From: Octopus sinensis
Taxonomy: Eukaryota
Direction of reading: 5' to 3'
NCBI RefSeq assembly: GCF_006345805.1
Contig: NC_043017.1
Location: 12,152,001-12,216,000, forward strand
DNA length: 64,000 bases
Shown here: positions 54,030-64,000 of the stretch, piece after piece
Layout: the number at the start of each line of letters is the position of its first letter
How positions within the stretch are numbered: position 1 is the first letter of the stretch
Translations under genes and position numbers: made by a program
Notes under the pieces: generated by a model
What the model was told of the DNA's origin: nothing
Databases searched by the model: none
Seen by the model: only the letters and a program-made list of their open reading frames with translations

Positions 54030-55025
54030 TGTTACAAGTCATTACAATCTGTTACACTATGTTACATCATATACAAGTCACAATGATCTATTACAAACTT
54101 TGTCATGTTACAAGTCACTATGATTTGCTACAAACAGTCTCCTGTTACAAGTCACTGTGGTCTGTTAAAAATGACTGATTTATAATACTGTTGGAAGTCA
54201 CTATGATGTTACACAATGGCATGTTACAGCTCTATGATCTGATACACACCACATTGTTTCAAGTCACTATGATTTGCTACAAACAGTCTCCTGTTACAAG
54301 TCACTGTGGTCTGTTAAAAATGACTGATTTATAATACTGTTGGAAGTCACTATGATGTTACACAATGGCATGTTACAGCTCTATGATCTGATACACACCA
54401 CATTGTTTCAAGTCACTATGATTTGCTACAAACAGTCTCCTGTTACAAGTCACTGTGGTCTGTTAAAAATAACTGATTTATAATACTGTTGGAAGTCACT
54501 ATGATGTTACACAATGGCATGTTACAGCTCTATGATCTGATACACACCACATTGTTTCAAGTCACTATGATTTGCTACAAACAGTCTCCTGTTACAAGTC
54601 ACTGTGGTCTGTTAAAAATGACTGATTTATAATACTGTTGGAAGTCACTATGATGTTACACAATGGCATGTTACAGCTCTATGATCTGATACACACCATA
54701 TAGTTTCAAGTTGCAATGGATCTGTTAAACTGTTACAAGTTGCTACAATGTGTTACATATGCTACAGCTCACCATAGTCTGCTACAAACTGTATTATGTT
54801 ACAAGTCACTAGTCACCATGATCAGTTACAGACCATGTTACATTGCAAGTCACTATGATTTTTTGCAATATATTCTGTTACAAGTCAGTGATCTGTGACA
54901 CAGTGGTATATTACAAGTCACTATGACCTGTTAACATACCATGTTACAAATCGTTGTGACCTAATACATACCATGTTATGTTACAAGCTATGGTGGTCTG
55001 GTACATACCATGTTACAAGTCACAG
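54030..55025. repeat. Degenerate ~30-bp TGTTACAAGTCAC satellite containing four 149-bp higher-order repeats
   Basis: HOR units start at 54111, 54260, 54409 and 54558. Confidence 0.9.
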
Positions 55026-55832
55026 CACTCTATCTCTACATCTTGACATTCAATATGATTAGAATATGGTTTATCTCTTCTGAATTACGGTTTTGTGACT
55101 GAAACATTGCGACCTGTATGTAATGAGTAACAACTTCACACACACACAGGATTAGTTGCCTCAGCAGATTCAGTGAGACCAAATCATATAATGGTAGATG
55201 GAAACTGTGTGGAAGCCTGTCATGTAACTACACATGCACACATACATATATATGTGTGTGTGTGTGTCTCTATCAATGTGTAGGTGTCTTTGTGCCTGCG
55301 ATTGCACCCCACCCACTAATTTACAATTGGTGTTGGTTCATTTGCATCCTAGTAGCTTAGCAGTTTTGCTGAAAAGACTATAGAATAAGTATCATCAATC
55401 AAAAAAAAAAAAAATTACTGGGGTCAATTTGTTTGACTGAAATCCTTTCAAGGTAGTGCCCCAGCAAGGCCACAGTCCCTAGACTGAAACAAGTAAAAGA
55501 GGGAAGATTTCGTTTCATTGATTTTTGTAAATAACTTCCTAAACTGAATCAAAACAAACCAAAAAAATGATTGCTTGACTTATTGGTATCATATTTCTCA
55601 GACACACTCCAACTGCTTGATCCTTAAATATACTGTGTCCACTCTCTGACTTTTCAATGGTCACTACTACCATGGCGGTAGTTATTCCTTACTGCTGAAA
55701 GCCTCCTATAATCTCATCTCGGGCTTTACTTACTTGCTTATCTCTCCTTCTCCTTGTCTCCCATATTGCCTACCTGAAATAACCATTGTCCCCACTCACC
55801 ATCTTGAGAATCACTGCTCTACATGGTTGCTC

Positions 55833-56290
55833 AACCTGCTAGAAATAGCAGTCACAACCATATCTCCCTCACGCCACACTCTGCTGCCTTATAAAAGGGA
55901 GAAATGCACATTAGACAATGAGGCACTAGACGGTGTAGGTCACTATTGGAATGTCTCTGATGATAGGAATCTACTCAATGAAGTGTTCACAAGGTAAGAG
56001 CTCGAAATGTTAATGAAACCTGCTAGAAATAGCAGCCACTGCTGTATCTCCCTCTTATCACACTCTGCTGCTTTATCAAAAGGAGAACATTAGACAATTT
56101 AGTCCTAGACACACCAAATATGGACAGTGTAGGTCACTGCTGGAATGTCTCTAATCATAGGAATCTACTCAATAAAGAGTTCACAAGGTGATGGAAGCCT
56201 GCTAGAAATAGCAGCCACAGCCATATGTCCCTCATGTCACACACTGCTGCCTTTTAAAAGGGAGAAATGACATACATTAGACATTAGACC
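55833..56290. repeat. Degenerate ~180-bp tandem triplication of a CCTGCTAGAAATAGCAGC repeat
   Basis: Units begin at about 55833, 56017 and 56196; a related sequence is on the minus strand at 23690-23820. Confidence 0.7.
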
Positions 56291-57913
56291 CAACTAGGCT
56301 CTGCCATCTAAATCCTCAACTCCTCTTTTCTCTTCAGAATATCAGCCTTCTCGATTTCCATGTGACATGCCACCATTTGTAACACATTTGTATGGCGGCG
56401 AGCTAGCAGAAAGGTTAGCACGCCGGGCGAAATGTGTAGCCGTATTTCGTCTGTCGTTACGTTCTGAGTTCAAATTCCGCCGAGGTCGACTTTGCCTTTC
56501 ATCCTTTCGGGGTCGATAAATAAAGTACCAGTTTCCCACTGGGGTTGATGTAATCGACTTAATTCCTTTGTCTGTCATTGTTTGTCCCCTCTATGTTTAG
56601 CCCCATGTGGGCAGTAAAGAAATACATTTGTAACACAACTGATGGTAGTTACATAAATGCATCCCTTTTTTAACATGTTGCAGTAAAAACCTGTAACATG
56701 CAGTTACTAGATGTCACTAAGTGAGGACCTGGTTATGCATGTTACATAGCACACATCACACACCAGATGCTGTTACTTCCATTCTGGTCATGTGAACAGG
56801 TCATACATTGATTTTTTTTTTTTTTTCAAATATTTTTATAATGAAATCACATGACCCAGTCACATGTAACCCTCTACATAGTTTTTATCCTGATTTCTCC
56901 TGTTTATTTATTTATTTATTTTTTTTCTGCTGCCACTAACTTGTAACTAATCAAGAATAATGTTAATTTAATCAATTTGACTGGTTTCAGAGATCCTCGA
57001 TAGGCCCATGAATGAACACAGTTCCTTTCCTCTGGACCAAACCAATAAATAGATCAGTCTCAGGCAAACCTATTAGCCCCCTGAGACATGCTGAATGACC
57101 ACACCTATAAAAAATGTCCTTGGCTCATCATCAGGCAGGCCTGACATGGGTGACATAAGCCATGCCTCATGTCACCCATTTCTTGAAAAAAAGGGGCCCA
57201 TGCCTGAAGCAAATGAACACACTGGATGGGTGGATGGAGGGAGATGAGTTAAAATGTGGGAGGCTGAAGAAATGGTGAAGGTAAAGTTTGTGCTGTTGAT
57301 TATTTTCTCTTGGGAATATTCCAAACAATAAGTGAAGTGGTTTCCTCTGATACGAGTATACATACTTCGGCACAATGAAAATTTACTGATGGCCTCTTAA
57401 TGCCTTGTTGAAAGCATTGTTTTCTGTAATACATACACACACTCACACACACACATAGACTAATGTTTGTTTTTATGTTCAGTTATAATAAACACAATTT
57501 TACATTAAATCTGGTGGGTTGCTCTATATTTTTGTAGAGTGTGGCACATAAAAAGCACCATCCGTTCGTGGCCGTTTGCCAGCTCTGTCTGGCACCTGTG
57601 CGGGTGGCACGTAAAAAGCACCCACTACGCTCACGGAGTGGTTGGCGTTAGGAAGGGCATCCAGCTGTAGAAACTCTGCCAGATCTGACTGGGCCTGATG
57701 AATAGCCTTCTGGCTTCACAGACCCCAGTTGAACTGTCCAACCCATGCTAGCATGGAAAACGGACGCTAAACGATGATGATGATGATGAAAGCGACTTTG
57801 AAGTTTCGGCCAGCTAAGCGATCATCGGACAATGGCTTAGCTGGCTGAAACTTTGAAATCACTGTCAACAACATTCTTCTTTAAGAATAACACATATACG
57901 TGTGTGTGTGTGT

Positions 57914-57950
<37 letters not shown>

Positions 57951-58054
57951 AAGAAGAGGTAGATAGTCCTTCATTGATGAGTTCTGTTCTTAAGCTTGTA
58001 TGTCAGAACAGCAAAATACATATATATCTGTGCAAATATACTGGTATGGCTTTT

Positions 58055-58102
<48 letters not shown>

Positions 58103-60582
58103 CAAAAATCACTCTAATATACTGCATAAGAGGCAAATAGAAGATGAAGAAAAGATGAAGTTAGACAAGCAAAATGTGGGTATAAAAAAAAAGCTTTGAA
58201 ATATAAAACAAAATAACAATGGAAGAATGTGTACAATGAAAATAAATACACTAATGAAAGAAGCGAAAGAATCTAATATTTTCAGCTTTGCACCTTTATC
58301 AAAGAGAAGGAAAAGCAATAAGAGAGGTAAAAGAAATGAAATGACACTAAATTTACAACAACTGTTTACATGGCAGCCTAGTATAAGATTTATATATATA
58401 TATACACACACACACATTCATGTATATATATAATCAGGCAAGTGGGGTAAGAGAATCCTTTGGTCCGTCAGAGGATGTAGCTGCTGTACGACTGGTGCCA
58501 CATAAATGCCTGATATATGGGAGGGCACCCAGATCATGTCAAAAGGGGAAGGTTTTTCCAGCCCATCAAGGAGGGTAGTGACTCTCAAAATAAGATCTGA
58601 CTCAGGTTGTGTCAACCTACACCTTCCCATATCGGAATGGAAATCAGATTTGAACATGATTACTTATTCAAGCACAAAGCCAATTATAAGGCAAGTGAGA
58701 GTGAAGTTCATTGCAATGGTACCAGTATATTACTGGTACTTATATTATTGCCACTAACTTCTCTCTTTCGCTTCCTCTAAAGAGATGAAAGGTTAACTTC
58801 TTGGGGCTGTTTGAACCCAGGACAGTATAGAAAGTTTAGAATAAACTTATTCAATTAACTATAAAGTATTCTATATGCTGCACTGTCTACTTACTGCTCT
58901 GCTAATTCCTAGCCTTACTAATAACATCTTTCTACTATAGATTCAAGGCTTGAAATCTGGGGAAGGTGTGGCGTTTGTTGGTTACATCAACATCAGTGCA
59001 TAACTGGTATCTATTTTATTGACCCTGAAAGGATAAAAGATATCTCTCATTTACTCTTTTACTTGTTTCAGTCATTTGCCTGTGGCCATGCCGGAGCACC
59101 GCCTTTTAGTCATGCAAACTGACCCCAGGACTTATTCTTTGTAAGCCTAGTACTTATTCTATCGGTTTCTGATGCCGAACCGCTCAATTACGGGGACGTA
59201 AACACACAAGCATCGGTTGTCAAGCGATGTTGGGGAGACAAACACAGATACACAAATGTATACACACACACACATATGTATACTACGGGCTTCTTTCAGT
59301 TTCTGTCTACTAAATCCACTCACAAGGCTTTGGTCAGCCTGAGGCTATAGTAGAAGACACTTGTCCAAGGTGCCACAGAACCTGGAAGCATGTGGTTCAT
59401 AAGCAAGCTACTTACCACACAGCCACTCCTACGCCTATATAGTCAACATCAGAAACTAAACTCAAAATCTAAGCCACAAGATATGCTACTGAGCATTTTG
59501 TCTGGCATGTTTATAATTCTGCTAACTCGCTGCCTTTCTAATAAAAATAATGGATTCTAATTCAAGCATAAGGTTAGCACCTTTGACAAGAGAGGGCTAA
59601 TTGGTACCACCAACCTAAATACTTGTACTTTATTTTATTGATTAAACCCCACATCCAAAAAAAAAAAAATTTGAAAGGCAAAGTTGACTGTGGCAGGATT
59701 TGATCTCAGAATGTAAAGAACCGGAGCAAATATACAAGGTATTTATTTCCCAATCCTTTAATGATTCTGCCAGCCCATCACCATGATACTTCTCTTGTTC
59801 CCTCCACCCAGACTCTCTGGTTCCTCTTTATTTCAGATGTATAATGTACAGGGTTCACTACACAAGCAACCAACCAGGACATTCTGTAATGTGGTTGGTA
59901 AACTTGAAGAGGCTGCATATGGTCAAAATGAGAAGTTATGTCCTGTTGTTGAGGATAAAATAACTTCTGCATTGGTGCTAAAATAAAATGTATGGTTTTC
60001 ATTCTTATCCTCACCTGTGGTTATGCATGTTGGGTAATGATCAAAACAGTGTGATCCTGAATACAAGCAGTTGAAATGGGGTTCCTCTGGGGGAATGTTA
60101 TTTGACAAATTTCAGGCCTTGTGCCTTTTGTAGGAAGGATTTTTAGTATTATTTGGGCAGCAAGCTGGCAGAATCGTTAGCAGACCAAGCAAAAAGCTTA
60201 ATGGCATTTCATGTCTTCGTGTTCTGAGTTCAAATTCCACCAAGGTTGACTTTACCATTCATCCTTTCTGGGTTGATAAAATAAGTACCAGTTGAACACT
60301 GGGGTCAATGTAGTTGACTTATACCCTCCTCTGAATTTGCTGACCTTGTGCCAAAATTTGAAATAATTATTATTAGGAGAGCAGCAGGCTGGCAGAATCA
60401 CTTAGAGCATCAGAAAAATGTCCATTACATTCTGATTTCAAATCCTGCTGATGTCGGCTTTGCTTTTCATCCTTTAGGGGTTGCTAAAATAAAGTACCAG
60501 GGTCGATGTAATCAACTTCTCCCTGCCACTAAAAAATTGCCAGCCTTCTACCAAAATTAGAAAGAATTATTGTTTTCAAGTT

Positions 60583-60700
60583 GCTTACAGGCATATCATG
60601 TTGAATGCACCAGTTCTCGTCTGATCACTATAGTTAAGCAACATTGAGCTTCGTTAGTACTTAGATGGGTGACCGCTTGGGAAACCTAGGTGCTTTAAAT
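60583..60700 (+). pseudogene. 5S rRNA pseudogene
   Basis: GCTTACAGGCATATCATGTTGAATGCACCAGTTCTCGTCTGATCAC...AGTTAAGCAA...GTTAGTACTTAGATGGGTGACCGCTTGGGAA matches metazoan 5S including A and C boxes; many CpG-to-TpG/CpA changes; isolated copy. Confidence 0.9.
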
Positions 60701-61890
60701 ATCTCACTTTAAGGTAGCAAGCCTGCAGAATCTTTAACACACTGGACAAAATGCTTAGCAACATTTCGTTCATCTTACATTTTGAGTTCAAATGCCATCG
60801 GGGTTGACTTTGCCTTTTATCATTTCGGGGTCGATAAAATAAGTATTAGTTGGATACCGGGATCAATGTGATTGACTAGCCAATGTGATTTCAGGCCTTG
60901 CTCCTATAGAAGAAAGAATTATTATTATTATTATGAAGGTGGCAAGCTGGTAGATTCATTTGCATATTGGACTAAATGTTCTACGGTATTTCTTCTGAGT
61001 TGTTACAGACTGAGTTCACATCCCACCAAAGTCAGCTTTGCCTTTCATCCTTTTGGGGTTCAGTAAAATAAAATACCGAGTACCAATGAAGTACTGGGTG
61101 GGGGGAATGTTGATGTAATTGACTACACCCCACTAAAAAAAATTTCAGGCCTTGTGTTTATAGTAGAAAGAATTATTATTAATGATATTATTATTATTAT
61201 TAAAATTATTATTATTATATTGATATTTATTTCAATCAAGAAGCACTCAGCGGTTCAATAAATAACAAAACAAAAGTACAAAAACAAAGCATAATAATTT
61301 GAAAACAAAAACTGTCTTACCAATATTCTTGTGAAATAATTTATATTTGAAATGTAAAAAAAAAAAAATTAAAAGAAAAAAAAATATATATATATGTATA
61401 TGAAGCCAAAAAAAATTTTAAAAAAAAATATCACCCAGGGCTTATTTAAAAAGTTATTTTTCTGTAAACCATATTGGTATTCTTCCTGGAATAAACCATG
61501 AAGACTGCTGCTGCTGCTGCTAATTAATAAAATGGTTTTGTTAAAGAATTTTGGAGTGGAACTTATTTCTTTGATACTAACCAGTTTTTGTAACTTTTAT
61601 TCTTTTATTTGTTTCAGTTGTTTGATTGCAGCCATGCTGGAGCACCACCTTTAGTCAAACAAATCGACCTTAGGACTTATCCTTTTGCTATTCTTTTGCT
61701 AAACCGCTAAGTTATGGGGACATAAACACACCAACATCGGTTGTCAAGTGATGGTGGGGAAGACAAAGACACATACATATACATATATATATAACGGGAA
61801 GGTTTACGAAAATAAACAAAAGACGAAGGCAGGTGGAGTACAAAGAAACAAATGTATTAGTATGGTGCTCAGGAATAGAAATAGAACAAG

Positions 61891-61928
61891 TCTTTTACGT
61901 TTCGAGCCTACGCTCTTCGACAGAAAGA
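61891..61928 (-). ncRNA. Minimal hammerhead ribozyme, CTGTCGA core variant
   Basis: Reverse complement reads TCTTT-CTGTCGA-A-GAGC-gtag-GCTC-GAAA-CG-TA-AAAGA; stem I changes on both strands relative to the other two copies while staying paired. Confidence 0.6.
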
Positions 61929-63519
61929 TACACAGAAACAAATGTGTGTAGGAGCTAACGATCTATCATATATATACACACGATGGGCTTCTTTCAGTTT
62001 CCGTGTACCATATCTACTCACAAGGCTTTGATTGGCTTGAGGCTACAGTACAAGACACTTGCCCAAGGTATCATGCAGTGGGACTGAACCCAAAACCATG
62101 TTCATTTTTAATGGAAAATATAGGTGTATTGATCAACCACCCATGAGATATTTCTTTGCAGCAATAAAGTTTTATTTTTTAAGTTACATGCCCATGCTGG
62201 TTCAGGCTTTCTACTCAGATCTTGATTGCATGGTTTCTGCTCTTTGCAATGTAATAGCTGAGACTTATATCAAAAGATTTCATAGGTTCTTTTCATATCT
62301 GGACTCTCTCTTTTTTACTCTTTTACTTGTTTCAGTTATTTGACTGCGGCCATGCTGGAGCACCGCCTTTAGTAGAGCAAATCGACCCAGGGACTTATTC
62401 TTTGTAAGCCCAGTACTTATTCTATCGGTCTCTTTTGCCGAACCGCTAAGTGAGGGGGACGTAAACACACCAGCATCGGTTGTCAAGTAATGCCAGGGAG
62501 ACAGACACACAAACACACACATATATATATACATATATACGACAGGCTTCTTTCAGTTTCCGTCTACCAAATCCACTCACAAGGCATTGGTCGGCCTGGG
62601 GCTATAGCAGAAGACACTTGCCCAAGATGCCACGCAGTGAGACTGAACCTGGAATCATGTGGTTGGTTAGCAAGCTACTTACCACACAGCCACTCCTGCG
62701 CCTGTATAAGTCCCCAGATAATTGTTCACTAATTTGCTTACTGCCCCTAATTCACTGTTTGTCTGTGTGTGTGTGTGACTTTGTATTTATTCGTTCCTCC
62801 CACTATCACACCACGAGACAACTGGTGTTGGTTTGTTTATCTCCCCCATAACTTAGCAGTTCAGCAAAAGCAGCCAACAGAATAGGTATCAGATTAAAAA
62901 AAAACAAAAAAAAGTACTAGTACTCCAGCATGGCCTTAGTCAAGTGACTGAAACCCCCAAAAAATGTATCAATTTGATTGACTAAAACCCTTCACTCCTC
63001 CATAACTTAGCAATTCAGCAAAAGAGGCCAACAGAATAGGTACCAGATTTATAAAAAAAAACAAACAAAAAGTACTAGTACTCCAGCATGGCCTCAGTCA
63101 AGTGACTGAAACAAAACAAAAAAAAGTATCAATTTGTTTGACTAAAACCCTTCAAAGTGGTGCCCCAGCATGGCCATGTAGTCCAATGACTGGAGTGGAA
63201 CAAGATAAATGATAAAGTCATAAGACACTGTCTTTCTCTCTCTCCCTCCCCTCTCTCTTCTCCTGTCTATAAAACATGACAGGAAAAAATCGACCAATCA
63301 ATCAACGTTTATATGGGCCATTATTAAGCAGAGATTAAACATTTACTGCTTTGAGTGTTTAGGCCATAAATGTTGTCTGTTTATGACTTAGTCATCAGCA
63401 CAACTACCTCTATTCCTGTATATGTCTTTATTATCATTTTTAGCTTCGTTTTTCTTTTCTGAAACACTTTTCAAAATCTTAATGACGGTCCTCTTTCTTT
63501 ATAGTAGTGGTCAATGACC

Positions 63520-63900
63520 GTGGAGGCGCAATGGCCCAGTGGTTAGGGCAGCGGACTCGCGGTCATAGGATCGCGGTTTCGATTCCCAGACCGGGCGTTG
63601 TGAGTGTTTATTGAGCGAAAACACCTAAAGCTCCACGAGGCTCCGACAGGGGATGGTGGTGATCCCTGCTGTACTCTTTCACCACAACTTTCTCTCACTC
63701 TTACTTCCTGTTTCTGTTGTACCTGTATTTCAAAGGGCCGGCCTTGTCACTCTCTGTGTCACGCTGAATATCCTCGAGAACTACATTAAGGGTGCACGTG
63801 TCTGTGGAGTGCTCAGCCACTTACACGTTAATTTCACGAGCAGGCTGTTCCGTTGATTCGGATCAACCGGAACCCTCATCGTCGTAACCGACGGAGTGCT
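63520..63900 (+). mobile_element. tRNA-derived SINE family B (representative copy)
   Basis: GGAGGCGCAATGGCCCAGTGGTTAGGGCAGCGGACTCG...GGTTTCGATTCC tRNA-like head and GAGCGAAAACACCTAAAGCTCCAC body; related copies 5473-5776(+), 11705-12020(-), about 47270-47545(-). Confidence 0.85.
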
Positions 63901-64000
63901 AAAGAAGAAAAAAGGAAGGTCAATGACCACAAGTGATCAATGATTTATGTAAGTCATTGACCATTTCGTTGATTGTAAACTAATTACTTTGGGCAGCTGC

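Noticed and set aside
54030-55025. Conserved core with variable linkers, CRISPR-like appearance
   Set aside because: Linkers are short and related to each other, cores are degenerate and blocks repeat as a 149-bp HOR; this is a satellite.
55957-55990. CTGATGA motif (also 57696, 53491-, 57128-, 63391-)
   Set aside because: No correctly placed stem II, GAAA and NUH; not hammerheads.
59778-60014. Short ORFs on both strands with possible splice acceptors
   Set aside because: No recognisable motif or partner exon.
63520-63590. tRNA-like cloverleaf heads (also 5473, 6382, 37650)
   Set aside because: They continue into SINE bodies and lack a proper acceptor stem and terminator; not tRNA genes.

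Overview
Repeat-dense, AT-rich animal genomic DNA, not prokaryotic. The tRNA-derived SINE families, RTE/CR1 LINE debris and very high microsatellite load point to an octopus (coleoid cephalopod) genome; this is inferred from recognised repeats, not a database search. Most of the supplied ORF track is microsatellite or SINE noise. Two spliced host genes can be built on the + strand. One is a 12-Cys Ly6/uPAR (LYPD6-like) GPI-anchored protein (exons 2572-2700 and 4733-4968). The other is a small Pro/Tyr/Gln-rich PPxY protein with a C-terminal transmembrane anchor (exons 50151-50407 and 53639-53758; the last exon is in a frame missing from the ORF track). Also present: a near full-length 7SL/SRP RNA copy fused to a LINE-type 3' tail, a CpG-decayed 5S rRNA pseudogene, an L1/Tx1-type ORF1 (CCHC) without ORF2, Gypsy, mariner, Helitron, Merlin-like and piggyBac-like remnants, and several tandem arrays. 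The most notable hidden signal is five hammerhead-ribozyme folds (one canonical type I, one near-canonical, three minimal Penelope-type, two of those with altered cores). Four of them lie in short non-coding modules in or beside (TA)n/(CA)n tracts, together with long perfect foldbacks, which suggests a microsatellite-targeted Penelope/retrozyme-like system.
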